A DNA stretch of 64,000 bases from Pseudomonadota bacterium (GTDB lineage: Bacteria; Pseudomonadota; Alphaproteobacteria; Rhizobiales; Hyphomicrobiaceae): the NCBI GenBank assembly GCA_023405815.1, contig JAEXXM010000056.1, positions 1,126 to 65,125 of the forward strand, in the 5' to 3' direction. The position numbers and the translations under genes are program-made. Below the pieces are notes generated by a model, which saw nothing but the letters and a program-made list of their open reading frames with translations, searched no databases and was not told the DNA's origin. Positions 17,485-27,664 of this stretch are shown here, piece after piece. Position 1 is the first letter of the stretch, and each line of letters opens with the position of its first letter.

Positions 17485-17646
17485 TGTGATGATCGACACG
17501 TCCGCACATCATCCGCGGCTGGGTTCAAGAGCGGACTTCTCGATCTGAATCACACTAGAGTAACATTACACCTAGTGTCCTTCAGATCGGGAAATTCGTT
17601 CGACATCTGCGGCACGAGGTGACGAATTTCGCGATCAGGACACTAG
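17481..17646. mobile_element. Two tandem CTAG-bounded miniature inverted-repeat elements (17481-17558, 17572-17646)
   Basis: CTAGTGTGAT...ATCACACTAG and CTAGTGTCCT...AGGACACTAG, each with extended internal inverted repeats. Confidence 0.7.
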
Positions 17647-17652
17647 CACCGG

Positions 17653-19038
17653 ATGCGATTCAACTCGCTCGCCTTCCGACTGTTCGCCACCGCCGCAGCC
17701 TGGACGCTGGTGGTGCTGCCGATTGCCGGCTTCATCATCTACCGGCTTTACCGCGACGACGTGCAGACGAGCTTCGACGGGCAACTCTTGAAGCTCGTCA
17801 ATGCCATCACGGTCGACAGCATGGGGTCGTCGGAGGGCGCGCAGCCGCTGCCCCCCTCGAACCTCTACGAGCCGTTGTTCGAGGTGACGCACTCGGGCTG
17901 GTACTGGCAGATCACGCCGCTGTCGCCGGCCAACGGGCGCAAGCTCGTCTCGCCGTCGCTTGCCACATGGTCGCTGCCGTCGCCGGCGGCGAAGTCGGTC
18001 AAGCCCGACGAGACGGGTGCGCGGTGGATGAACGTCAAAGGTCCCAAGGGCGAGCCCTTGCGGATGGTCGAGGTGATCGACTCGCTGGGGCACGAGCCGG
18101 GCAGGCCGACTTACTCCATAGTCGTCGCCGGCCCGCAGGATTGGCTCGACCATCTCGTGGCGAACTTCCGCTACCGGCTGACGACGGCATTGGCGCTGGC
18201 GGGTCTCGGCCTCGTGGCGGTGACGCTGTTCCAGGTGCGCTTCGGCCTGTTGCCGCTGCGGCAGATCGAGGGTGGCCTTTCCAACATCCGCAACGGCACG
18301 GCGACGACGCTCGAAGGCGACCTGCCGGCGGAGATCGAGCCGCTGCAGTCGGAGCTCAACGCGCTGATCCGCTCGAACAACGCCATCGTCGATCGCGCGC
18401 GTACGCAGGTCGGCAACCTGGCGCACGCGCTTAAGACGCCGCTCGCGGTCATCACCAACGAGGCGCGAGGCGACAAGACCGGCCTCGGCGAGAAGGTGAT
18501 CGAGCAGGCCGAAGTCATGAAGGAGTCGGTGACGCGCTACCTCGATCGCGCGCGCATGGCGGCGCGCGTCGGCGTCATCGGCCGGGTGACGGAGGTCGCT
18601 CCGGTCATACAGTCGCTGGTGAGGGCCCTGCAGCGGATCCACCAGGAGAAAGGCATCGTCATCAATGTCGAGTGCCCGGCGGAGGCACGATTCTCGGGTG
18701 AGAAGCAGGACCTGGAGGAGATGCTCGGCAACCTTCTGGACAACGCCTGCAAGTGGGCGAAGCACGAGGTCGATCTCAACGTCGACATTCCCCCGTCGAC
18801 GTCGCGGGCGCGCAACCGGCGGATTGCGATCACGGTCGCGGACGATGGGCCAGGGCTGACGGACGATCAGCGCTCGAAGATCGGAAAGCGGGGGCTGCGG
18901 CTCGACGAGACGAAGCCCGGGTCAGGGCTCGGGCTGTCGATCGTCATGGAACTGGCGCACTCCTATGGGGGGACCTGCGACCTCGCCCGGGCCAAGCAGG
19001 GCGGCCTCGCGGTGCATTTGAACCTGCCGGCTGGCTGA
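17653..19038 (+). CDS. feuQ: Sensor histidine kinase, FeuQ-like
   Basis: Two TMs, GNLAHALKTPL, NLLDNACKWA, DDGPG, GSGLGL. Confidence 0.85.
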   Translation: MRFNSLAFRLFATAAAWTLVVLPIAGFIIYRLYRDDVQTSFDGQLLKLVNAITVDSMGSSEGAQPLPPSNLYEPLFEVTHSGWYWQITPLSPANGRKLVSPSLATWSLPSPAAKSVKPDETGARWMNVKGPKGEPLRMVEVIDSLGHEPGRPTYSIVVAGPQDWLDHLVANFRYRLTTALALAGLGLVAVTLFQVRFGLLPLRQIEGGLSNIRNGTATTLEGDLPAEIEPLQSELNALIRSNNAIVDRARTQVGNLAHALKTPLAVITNEARGDKTGLGEKVIEQAEVMKESVTRYLDRARMAARVGVIGRVTEVAPVIQSLVRALQRIHQEKGIVINVECPAEARFSGEKQDLEEMLGNLLDNACKWAKHEVDLNVDIPPSTSRARNRRIAITVADDGPGLTDDQRSKIGKRGLRLDETKPGSGLGLSIVMELAHSYGGTCDLARAKQGGLAVHLNLPAG

Positions 19039-19126
19039 CACGAGCTGAGAGAGGCTTGGCGTGCGGCCATTGTTGAGCGAGTTGATAGCCGCGCCTAAGG
19101 CGCGGGGCGCTATGCGCCCTTGCCGC
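19037..19126. repeat. 90-bp dispersed structured repeat, copy 1
   Basis: 75/90 nt identical, ungapped, to 45757-45846 (hand count). Confidence 0.85.
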
Positions 19127-19284
19127 CCTCGGCGGCCGGTATGGGCGGCTTTGAGGGGAGCCAATCGCCGCAATCGGGCCCGGTTTCCGTCACGGCCGGT
19201 GCACATTGTTTGGCTAGTCGGCTACACTGTGGTGCAAAAGCACAAGGGCTTGGCCGAGCGCCAATGCCTTCGGGGAGACTTACC

Positions 19285-19755
19285 ATGCGCATCGGGCGCT
19301 TTGCTGCCGTTCTGCTCATTCCGGCGCTGTTGCCGGCGTGCGGGCCTGATGGTCCGAGCAAGGCCGACACCGGCATGATCGTCGGCGGCGTTGCCGGCGG
19401 CATCATCGGCAACCAGGTCGGCAAGGGTACCGGCAACGTGCTGGCGACCGTGGCCGGCGCCATGATCGGCGGCATCGTCGGCAGCGAGATCGGCCGCTCC
19501 ATGGACGAGCAGGACCGCCGGCTTGCCGAGCAGGCCGAATATGCCGCGCTCGAGGAGGGCCCGTCGGACAAGCCGAGGCGCTGGCGCAATCCCGACAACG
19601 GCCGCTACGGCGACGTCACGCCCGGGCGCCCATACAAGCGGGCCAGCCTCGACTGCCGCGACTATACGCACACTGTTTACATTGACGGGCGCCCGCGGAC
19701 GATGCGCGGCACGGCCTGCCGCAATCCCGACGGCACATGGTCCAATGTCAGCTAA
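19285..19755 (+). CDS. 17-kDa surface antigen-like lipoprotein (glycine zipper)
   Basis: Lipobox LPAC, GGxxGG zipper, WRNPDNG, CRDY..GTACRNPDGTW. Confidence 0.9.
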   Translation: MRIGRFAAVLLIPALLPACGPDGPSKADTGMIVGGVAGGIIGNQVGKGTGNVLATVAGAMIGGIVGSEIGRSMDEQDRRLAEQAEYAALEEGPSDKPRRWRNPDNGRYGDVTPGRPYKRASLDCRDYTHTVYIDGRPRTMRGTACRNPDGTWSNVS

Positions 19756-19959
19756 GCCGACGGGGTCCAACGTCAGCTAACGCTGACGCCGCTCGTGACT
19801 TTCCCTGATCGCCGTCATTAGGCGATCAGGCGTCAGGGCGACAGCGGTAATTCCTTTTCATCATCTTGCGCTGCGGCAGAAACCTTGCCGCGGGCCGGCG
19901 GGCTTGTCAGTTGCGCTCCTGAGCCCTATTCCAGCCCCGCAGCGGGGTTTGGATAGCGC

Positions 19960-21075
19960 ATGGTGCTGTGGATCTTATTTGCGGTCTTGGCGGCTGCCGT
20001 CGTGTGGGCGGTGACGCGGCCGCTGCTCGCGCAGGCACCGGATGCGCCCGCTCCCGACGATAACGAGATCGCCGTCTATCGCGATCAGCTCGCCGAGATC
20101 GAGGCGGAGCGCGCGCAGGGGCTGCTCGGTGGAGCCGAGGCCGAAGGCGCACGCATCGAGCTGGCGCGCCGGCTCATCCGCCGCGCCGAAGATCAGCAGC
20201 GCCCGGCTGATGCTGCCGCCAATCCCGGCGGTCGTCTGCGCCACGCGGCGATCTATGCGGCTGCTGCGCTGCCGGTTCTCGGCATCGCGATCTATCTTTC
20301 GCTCGGCTCTCCCGATCTGCCGAGCCGGCCCTATGCGGCGCGGCTCGATACGCCGATCGAACAGGCGACGGCAGCCGATCTCGTCGCGCGCGTCGAGGCG
20401 CACCTGCGCGAGCATCCCGAGGACGGTCGCGGCTGGGACGTGCTGGCGCCGGTCTACATGCGCATGGGCGATCTTGCGCAGTCCGCCGACGCTTTCGCGC
20501 GCGCCATGCGCCTGCTGGGCGAGTCGCCGAAGCGGCTCGCCGGGTTTGCGCGCGCCAACATCCTGCAGCAGAACGGCGTTGTCACCGAGCCGGCGCGTGT
20601 CGCCTACGAGAAACTTCTGAAGCTCGAGCCGCAATCGATCGAGGCACAGGCGTGGCTCGCCATCGCGCGCGAGCAGGACGGCGATCTCAAAGGGGCGGAG
20701 GCCGAGTACCGGCGGCTGTTGCCTGGGTCGGAAGACCCGTGGAAGGGACTGCTGACGGCGCGGCTGCAGGCGGTGACGGACAAGATCGCCGGCAAGGAGC
20801 CGGCGGACGCGCATCAGCCGGATATCGGGGCGTCGATGCGCCCCGCCGATCGCGACAAGCTCATCAATCAGATGGTCGATGGTCTTGCCGCGCGGCTGAA
20901 GCAGGACGGCAAGGACCTCGACGGTTGGATGAAACTCGTCCGCTCATACGTGGTATTAGGGCGGCGGGACGATGCGGCGACGGCGCTCTCCAATGCGCGC
21001 GGGCAATTTGCGGGCGACGACAAATCGCTCGCGCAACTGAACGATCTGGCGCAGAGCCTGGGGCTGGGCTCGTGA
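19960..21075 (+). CDS. ccmI: Cytochrome c biogenesis protein CcmI/CycH
   Basis: [19 protein letters not shown]-like repeats ([12 protein letters not shown]). Confidence 0.92.
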   Translation: MVLWILFAVLAAAVVWAVTRPLLAQAPDAPAPDDNEIAVYRDQLAEIEAERAQGLLGGAEAEGARIELARRLIRRAEDQQRPADAAANPGGRLRHAAIYAAAALPVLGIAIYLSLGSPDLPSRPYAARLDTPIEQATAADLVARVEAHLREHPEDGRGWDVLAPVYMRMGDLAQSADAFARAMRLLGESPKRLAGFARANILQQNGVVTEPARVAYEKLLKLEPQSIEAQAWLAIAREQDGDLKGAEAEYRRLLPGSEDPWKGLLTARLQAVTDKIAGKEPADAHQPDIGASMRPADRDKLINQMVDGLAARLKQDGKDLDGWMKLVRSYVVLGRRDDAATALSNARGQFAGDDKSLAQLNDLAQSLGLGS

Positions 21076-21094
21076 GCGCAGCGAAGGAGACGGC

Positions 21095-21559
21095 ATGACG
21101 CGGAAGCAGCGGCGCGGCGTTCTGATCGGTGTGGGCGTCGGCGTGCTCATGGTCGCCGTCGCCCTGGTGCTCTTCGCGCTGCGCGACTCCATCGTCTTCT
21201 TCCATACGCCGAGCGATCTCGCCGAGAAGCCGATCGCGACCGGGCAACGGTTCCGGCTCGGCGGGCTTGTCGCGGCCGATTCGGTGAAGCGTGGGCAGGG
21301 GACGAAGGTCGAGTTCGTCGTCACCGACACGTTGAAGACGGTTCCGGTCGTCTATGAGGGCGTGCTGCCCGACCTCTTCAAGGAAGGCCAGGGCGTCGTT
21401 GCCGAAGGCAAGCTCTCCGAGGACGGCACATTCCTCGCCGACAGCGTGCTCGCAAAGCACGACGAGAACTACATGCCGCCCGAAGTGGCGAAGGCGCTCG
21501 AGGCAAAGGGCGTGAAGCTGGGTAAGGGCGCGACGCATCCGGCAGAGGCGACACAGTGA
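21095..21559 (+). CDS. ccmE: Heme chaperone CcmE/CycJ
   Basis: [29 protein letters not shown]. Confidence 0.97.
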   Translation: MTRKQRRGVLIGVGVGVLMVAVALVLFALRDSIVFFHTPSDLAEKPIATGQRFRLGGLVAADSVKRGQGTKVEFVVTDTLKTVPVVYEGVLPDLFKEGQGVVAEGKLSEDGTFLADSVLAKHDENYMPPEVAKALEAKGVKLGKGATHPAEATQ

Positions 21560-23535
21560 TCATCGAGCTGGGACACTTCGCGCTGGTGCTGGCGCTGCTG
21601 ATCGCGATCTTGCAGACGGTCGTGCCGGCCTACGGCGCGCATGTGCGTGATCCCCGGCTCATGGCCGTCGCCGAGCCGGCGGCGCTGTGCCAGCTCGGGC
21701 TGCTGCTCGTTGCGTTCCTGGCGCTGACGCAGGCGTACGTAATGTCCGACTTCTCGGTCGCGAACGTCGCGGCGAACTCGCACTCGACGAAGCCGATGCT
21801 CTACCGGATCTCGGGCGTGTGGGGAAACCACGAAGGCTCGATGTTGCTGTGGGTGCTGATCCTTGCACTGTTCGGAGCGGCCGTCGCCGCGTTCGGGCGC
21901 AACCTTCCGGCGTCGCTGAAGGCCAACGTGCTCGCGGTGCAGGCATCGATCGCGGTGGCGTTCATCCTCTTCATCCTGCTGACGTCAAACCCGTTCCTGC
22001 GCATCGATCCGCCGCCGGCGGACGGCAACGGTCTCAATCCGATCCTGCAGGACCCGGCGCTCGCGTTCCATCCGCCCTTCCTCTACACGGGCTATGTCGG
22101 CTTCTCGATCGCCTACTCGTTCGCGATGGCGGCGCTGATCGACGGGCGCATCGATGCCGCGTGGGCGCGCTGGGTGCGGCCGTGGACGCTCGCGGCATGG
22201 ATGTTCCTGACGCTTGGCATCGCCATGGGCTCGTGGTGGGCGTACTACGAACTCGGCTGGGGCGGCTGGTGGTTCTGGGACCCGGTCGAGAATGCGTCGT
22301 TCATGCCCTGGCTGGCGGGCACTGCGCTTTTGCATTCGGCGCTGGTGATGGAGAAGCGCGACGCGCTGAAGGTATGGACGGTGCTGCTGGCGATCCTCAC
22401 CTTCTCGCTGTCGCTCATGGGAACGTTTCTCGTACGCTCGGGCATCCTGACGTCGGTGCACGCGTTCGCCGTCGATCCCAAGCGCGGCGTGTTCGTGCTC
22501 GCTATCATGACGGTGTTCACCGGCGGCGCGCTGGCGCTGTTCGCTTTGCGTGCGCGCGACCTGCGCCAAGGCGGCATCTTCGCGCCCATCAGCCGTGAAG
22601 GCGGCCTCGTCCTCAACAACATCCTTTTGACGGTGGCGTGCGCCACGGTGTTCGTCGGCACGCTCTATCCGCTGCTGCTGGAATCGCTGACGGGCGACAA
22701 GATATCGGTTGGACCGCCGTATTTCGACTGGACGTTCGGCCCGCTGATGGTGCCGCTCTTGCTGGTGCTGCCGTTCGGTCCATTCCTTGCCTGGAAGCGC
22801 GGCGACGCCTACGCCGCAGCGCAGCGGCTGATGTTCGCGGCGCTGGTGGCGGTCGTCATCATGGCCATGGGCTGGGCGTTCATTCACCGCGGTCCGGTGC
22901 TGGCGCCGTTCGGCCTGGCGCTGGGCGCGTTCGTGATGATGGGGTCGATCTCCGATCTCGCATGGCGTGCGCGCTTCGGGAGCGTGCCGCTCGGGGAGGC
23001 GTGGCGGCGGCTTTGGGGTTTGCCGCGCTCGGCCATCGGCACGGCGCTGGCGCATTTCGGCGTCGGCATGATGGTCGTCGGCATCGTGGCGACGAGCGCC
23101 TATCGCGAGGAGAAGATCCTCGTCATGAAGCCGGGCGAGCAAGTGGCCATCCACGGCTACGACATCACGTTCCGGGGCGTGGCACCGACGACGGGACCTA
23201 ACTATCGCGAGGAAGTCGGCGTGTTCGACGTTGCGCGGTCCGGCGGCTCGGTTACGCGCCTCGAGCCGGCGCGACGCATCTACGACATGCCGCCAGAGCC
23301 GACGACGGAGGCGGGCATTCACGCCGGTTGGCGCGGTGATCTCTACGTGGTGCTGGGCGATGCGCAGGCCGCCGGCGGGTATGCGGTGCGCGCCTACTTC
23401 AATCCGCTGGTGCGGTTCATCTGGCTCGGCGCTGTCGTCATGTTCATCGCCGGCGGCATCTCGCTTTCCGACCGGCGCCTGCGTGTCGGGGCTCCGGGCC
23501 GCGCACGCCGCATCGTAGCGGCGCCGGCAGAATGA
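21556..23535 (+). CDS. ccmF: Heme lyase CcmF/CycK
   Basis: [31 protein letters not shown]. Confidence 0.97.
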   Translation: MIIELGHFALVLALLIAILQTVVPAYGAHVRDPRLMAVAEPAALCQLGLLLVAFLALTQAYVMSDFSVANVAANSHSTKPMLYRISGVWGNHEGSMLLWVLILALFGAAVAAFGRNLPASLKANVLAVQASIAVAFILFILLTSNPFLRIDPPPADGNGLNPILQDPALAFHPPFLYTGYVGFSIAYSFAMAALIDGRIDAAWARWVRPWTLAAWMFLTLGIAMGSWWAYYELGWGGWWFWDPVENASFMPWLAGTALLHSALVMEKRDALKVWTVLLAILTFSLSLMGTFLVRSGILTSVHAFAVDPKRGVFVLAIMTVFTGGALALFALRARDLRQGGIFAPISREGGLVLNNILLTVACATVFVGTLYPLLLESLTGDKISVGPPYFDWTFGPLMVPLLLVLPFGPFLAWKRGDAYAAAQRLMFAALVAVVIMAMGWAFIHRGPVLAPFGLALGAFVMMGSISDLAWRARFGSVPLGEAWRRLWGLPRSAIGTALAHFGVGMMVVGIVATSAYREEKILVMKPGEQVAIHGYDITFRGVAPTTGPNYREEVGVFDVARSGGSVTRLEPARRIYDMPPEPTTEAGIHAGWRGDLYVVLGDAQAAGGYAVRAYFNPLVRFIWLGAVVMFIAGGISLSDRRLRVGAPGRARRIVAAPAE

Positions 23536-24035
23536 GACACTTTTCATCAGTTCTCGTGCTCATCGGCATCCTTGCAGGAGCGGGGGCGGCGCTGGCGGTC
23601 GAGCCGGACGAGATACTGGCCGATCCCGCACTCGAGGCGCGCGCGCGGAGCATCTCCTCAGGGCTGCGTTGCCTCGTCTGCCAGAACCAGTCGATCGACG
23701 ACAGCAATGCACCCCTGGCGCGCGACCTTCGCGTTCTCGTGCGCGAGCGGCTCAAGGCAGGCGACAGCGATGCCCAGGTAATGCAGTTCGTCGAGGACCG
23801 CTACGGCGAGTTCGTGCTGCTGCGGCCGCCACTGTCGTGGCGCACCGTGCTGCTCTGGGTGGCGCCCTTGGTGGCGCTACTGATCGCAGTGTGGGTGAGC
23901 GTGCGCGGCTGGCGCAGGCGCCAGTCGCAAGCCGCAGTAGCGGGCGCAAACCTCGCGCCGCTCTCTGCGGACGAGGAGAGCAAGTTGCGAAAGATCCTCG
24001 CGGATAGTTCAGGTGACCCGCCGACGGCGGGCTAG
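23532..24035 (+). CDS. ccmH: CcmH/CycL
   Basis: LRCLVCQNQSIDDSNA, RYGEFVLLRPP. Confidence 0.96.
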   Translation: MRHFSSVLVLIGILAGAGAALAVEPDEILADPALEARARSISSGLRCLVCQNQSIDDSNAPLARDLRVLVRERLKAGDSDAQVMQFVEDRYGEFVLLRPPLSWRTVLLWVAPLVALLIAVWVSVRGWRRRQSQAAVAGANLAPLSADEESKLRKILADSSGDPPTAG

Positions 24036-25180
24036 TGCGCGCCGGTCGCCGCTGTCGTGCGCGCGCCGGTGATCTTGCCGGTGACGAGTTGGCTTTCGCC
24101 TTTCAAGGCTTGCAGCACGGCGAGGGTGGCAAAGCCGGTTACCGGCATGTGCGCGGCCCGCTGGTAGCGCTCGATCGCGAGCTGCAGGGCAGGACCGTAG
24201 CGGCCGTCACGGGGGCCGGAATAGAGCGCGCTCGCGGCGAGCGCTTCCTGCAATTGGCGGATATCCTTGCGGCTCGTCAGCGTGTCGGCGTTGATGAATG
24301 CGGCGAGGCGAGGCGCGAAGGCCTGGGCATTGACGCCGGTGTTGGCGACATCGTCGGATTTGAAGCGATGCAGGACCTCGCCGTTGAGCATGATCACCTT
24401 CGACTGAACGTAGGTTCCGACATTGATGCCAACGACTTCCGGGCCGTCGACGCCATCGACGAGGAGCGGCGATCCCGATGAGGCCGCACCCGTATCGCAG
24501 GTGTGCAGAAGGAGCTGGTCGGGGTCGTAGAAGTCGCGCTTGATCGTCGGCCAGTCGGCGTCGGTGAAGTTGCGTTTGACATTGCATCCGGTGGCGAGTG
24601 TCGGCTGCCACTTGGGCAGGTCGCGGTGATAGGCGATGTTGAACACGCGTCCCTTGTCGGCGAGGGCCAGCACCTCATCGACGGGCCTGGCGCTGATCCT
24701 CAAAGTGCCAGCGCTGCAGGCGGGCTGGGCGAGGCGCACCATGGCCCAGTCGCGCGTCGCATCGATCGGCGGGCGCACGCTGAGCTTCGTCGAGCCGGAG
24801 GTGACGTTCGCCTCCGGCACGCCTTCTCCGGCGCCGGCGATCTTCACGTTCTGATTCGTGCCGTGGAGCTTGAACGCCAGCTCGGAGAGGCGGAGCGGCT
24901 GCTCTCCGCTGGTACGGTAAAGACAGTGCGCGGCGGTCATCACAACGTCGGGGGCGACGCAGAAGGCAGTGCAGACGGACTGGGACTTGGAATCGAAGAA
25001 AACGCCCAGCTTCGTCCCGGTTTGGCGCAGCGTCTCCGGCAACGGGCCCCGCTGGTCAGTGCCGAAAACGGACGCGGCGGCAGGGATTGCGGCAGCAATC
25101 AGGACGGCGACCGCGCCCAGCCCCAGTACGGCTTTGAGACGTCGAAATCCCTCAGCAGAAGAGCAATTTACGCGCTTCAT
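24032..25180 (-). CDS. Secreted trypsin-like serine protease with C-terminal peptidoglycan-binding domain
   Basis: TAAHC, DWA, CDTGAASSGSP; C-terminal DGRYGP..AIERYQ..TG. Start uncertain. Confidence 0.85.
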   Translation of the reverse strand: MKRVNCSSAEGFRRLKAVLGLGAVAVLIAAAIPAAASVFGTDQRGPLPETLRQTGTKLGVFFDSKSQSVCTAFCVAPDVVMTAAHCLYRTSGEQPLRLSELAFKLHGTNQNVKIAGAGEGVPEANVTSGSTKLSVRPPIDATRDWAMVRLAQPACSAGTLRISARPVDEVLALADKGRVFNIAYHRDLPKWQPTLATGCNVKRNFTDADWPTIKRDFYDPDQLLLHTCDTGAASSGSPLLVDGVDGPEVVGINVGTYVQSKVIMLNGEVLHRFKSDDVANTGVNAQAFAPRLAAFINADTLTSRKDIRQLQEALAASALYSGPRDGRYGPALQLAIERYQRAAHMPVTGFATLAVLQALKGESQLVTGKITGARTTAATGAH

Positions 25181-25325
25181 GCAACCTGCCCCCGGTCGTC
25201 CGGCCATGATGAACAGCCCCTTTATTACGAACTGTTAAGGCAATCGAAAGGCTGCCGTAATCCCCGTTTCGCTAGGCCTCAATGCGAAGGTTCCCCTGCT
25301 TCGCCAAGAATGGAGGTTCGTGCGC

Positions 25326-26864
25326 ATGGCAACCCAACCCAGCTCGACCGAGGTCGTAGCAAAGAGCGGGCCAACGAGAACGACAGGTCGCGATCTGCGC
25401 CGCCTGGCCGCCGCTGCGGTGGTCGGTGCCGGTCTGGTGGGCTTCGGCATGTCGGAGTACTCGGCGCCTGCCGTCGCGCAGTTCAAGCCCGGCACGCCAG
25501 CTGAGACGCTCTCGTTCGCCGAGATCGTCGAGCGCGTGAAGCCGGCAGTGGTCTCGATCTCGACAACCAACGAGGTGAAGGTCGCCGACAAACGCGGCGG
25601 CGGACGCTCGTTCGAGGGCATCCCCGGCCTTCCCGAAGACCACCCGCTGAACGAGTTCTTCAAGAACATGCCGCAGGGCCCCGGCAACAATCCGATGCAG
25701 CAGCGTCCGCGCCAGGCGGCCGGCTCCGGCTTCGTCGTTTCGTCCGACGGCTACATCGTCACCAACAACCACGTCGTCGACGGCGCCACCAAGGTGAAGG
25801 TGAGCTTCGACGACCAGGAAGAGATCGACGCGAGGATCGTCGGCACCGATCCGCGCACAGACCTGGCGCTGCTCAAGATCGAGCCGAAGAAGCCCTTGAC
25901 CGTCGTCAAGCTCGCGGAGAAGAACCCGCGCGTCGGCGACTGGGTGCTCGCGGTCGGCAATCCGTTCGGTCTCGGCGGCACCGTGACCGCGGGTATCGTC
26001 TCCGCGCTCGCCCGCAACATCGGCGGCCCGTACGACTACATGCAGATCGACGCGGCGGTGAACCACGGCAACTCCGGCGGCCCGACCTTCAATCTCGAGG
26101 GTGACGTCGTCGGTGTGAACACCGCGATCTACAGCCCGACCGGCGGCAACGTCGGCATCGCCTTCGCAGTGCCCGCGGACACGGTGAAGCGTGTCGTCGA
26201 GCAGCTCGAGAAGGGCGGCAAGGTGAGCCGCGGCTGGTTGGGCGTGAAGATCCAGAACATCGACAAGGATCTCGCGGGCAGCCTGGGCCTCAAGGAGGCG
26301 AAGGGCGCCATCGTCAGCGAGGTGATGAAGGACGGCCCTGCGGCCGACGCCGGCCTCAAGGTCGAGGACGCAATCCTGCAGGTCGACGATAAGAAGATCG
26401 AGGATAGTCGCGATCTCGCCCGCACCATCGCCGATCTGCCGGCCAAGGCCACCGTCGACGTCAAGGTGTGGCGGAACAAGGGCGAGCAGACCGTCAAGGT
26501 GAAGCTCGGAACCTATCCGGCCAATGCCGAGGCGGTTGAAAACAACGAGGAGCAGCCCGAGGAGCAGAAGGACCTCGGCGGCAACGTCGACCTGAAGCAG
26601 CTTGGCCTCAGCGTGAAGTCGGGCCCGGGCAAGGACGGCGGCGTCGTCGTCTCCGACGTCGATCCGAACTCCGACGCCGCACTCAAGGGTATCAAGGAGG
26701 GCGACATCGTCCTCAAGGCCGGCAACGAGACGGTCAACACGCCTCAGGACGTGGCCAAGGCAGTCAAGAAGGCCCAGGACGACGGGCTGCCGGCTGTCAT
26801 GTTCCACATCAAGAAGAGCGGCGACCAGACGGTCCTCGTCGCCATCCCGCTCAACAAGAGCTGA
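25326..26864 (+). CDS. degP: Do/DegP family serine endoprotease with two PDZ domains
   Basis: GSGFVV, VTNNHVV, DLALLK, QIDAAVNHGNSGGP, RGWLGV. Confidence 0.93.
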   Translation: MATQPSSTEVVAKSGPTRTTGRDLRRLAAAAVVGAGLVGFGMSEYSAPAVAQFKPGTPAETLSFAEIVERVKPAVVSISTTNEVKVADKRGGGRSFEGIPGLPEDHPLNEFFKNMPQGPGNNPMQQRPRQAAGSGFVVSSDGYIVTNNHVVDGATKVKVSFDDQEEIDARIVGTDPRTDLALLKIEPKKPLTVVKLAEKNPRVGDWVLAVGNPFGLGGTVTAGIVSALARNIGGPYDYMQIDAAVNHGNSGGPTFNLEGDVVGVNTAIYSPTGGNVGIAFAVPADTVKRVVEQLEKGGKVSRGWLGVKIQNIDKDLAGSLGLKEAKGAIVSEVMKDGPAADAGLKVEDAILQVDDKKIEDSRDLARTIADLPAKATVDVKVWRNKGEQTVKVKLGTYPANAEAVENNEEQPEEQKDLGGNVDLKQLGLSVKSGPGKDGGVVVSDVDPNSDAALKGIKEGDIVLKAGNETVNTPQDVAKAVKKAQDDGLPAVMFHIKKSGDQTVLVAIPLNKS

Positions 26865-26888
26865 GCAGGACGGCAGTCTTGAACGAAT

Positions 26889-26924
26889 GGCGGCCCGCAC
26901 CCTCAGGAGAGAGTGCGGGCCGCC
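26889..26924 (+). terminator. GC-rich hairpin after degP
   Basis: ggcggcccgcac...gtgcgggccgcc 12-bp stem; no U tract. Confidence 0.45.
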
Positions 26925-26983
26925 TCGACGTTCGGGGCATGGCGGGGCAGAATGCCGAATCGGCAAACTCGAGCGGTGAGACG

Positions 26984-27664
26984 ATGCACGTGCTGGTGGT
27001 CGAGGACGACCGGGAAACCGCGCAATTCCTGCAGAAGGCCCTGAAGGAAAGCGGCCATGCCGCCGATCTCGCGGAGGACGGCGAGACGGGCCAGACGCTG
27101 GCCGAGCAGGGCGTCTACGACGTGCTCATCGTCGACCGGATGCTGCCGCGTCTCGACGGCCTCAGCATGATCCGCGAGATACGGGCCAAGGGCATTCGCA
27201 CCCCCGTGCTCATCCTCTCGGCGCTGGGCGAGGTCGACGATCGCGTCAAAGGCTTGCGGGCCGGTGGCGACGACTACCTGACAAAGCCCTATGCCTACTC
27301 GGAGCTGCTCGCCCGGGTCGAAGCCCTGGCGCGCCGCGCCGTGCCGGAGGAGCAGGAGACGCGCTACGTCGTCGACGGGTTGGTGCTCGACCGACTGTCA
27401 CACCGGGTGACGCGCGACGGCGAGCCGATCCAATTGCAGCCGCGCGAGTACCGACTTCTCGAATACCTGATGAAGCACGCGGGGCAGGTGGTGACGCGTA
27501 CCATGCTGCTGGAGCACGTGTGGGACTATCACTTCGATCCGCAGACCAACGTCATCGACGTGCACGTCTCGCGGCTCAGGGCCAAGATCGACAAGAACTT
27601 CGAAAAGCCTCTTCTGCATACCGTGCGCGGGGCGGGATATACGATCCGCGATGGCTCTGCCTGA
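26984..27664 (+). CDS. OmpR-family response regulator
   Basis: VVEDD, DRMLP, GGDDYLTKP, FDPQTNVIDVHVSRLR, TVRGAGY. Confidence 0.93.
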   Translation: MHVLVVEDDRETAQFLQKALKESGHAADLAEDGETGQTLAEQGVYDVLIVDRMLPRLDGLSMIREIRAKGIRTPVLILSALGEVDDRVKGLRAGGDDYLTKPYAYSELLARVEALARRAVPEEQETRYVVDGLVLDRLSHRVTRDGEPIQLQPREYRLLEYLMKHAGQVVTRTMLLEHVWDYHFDPQTNVIDVHVSRLRAKIDKNFEKPLLHTVRGAGYTIRDGSA

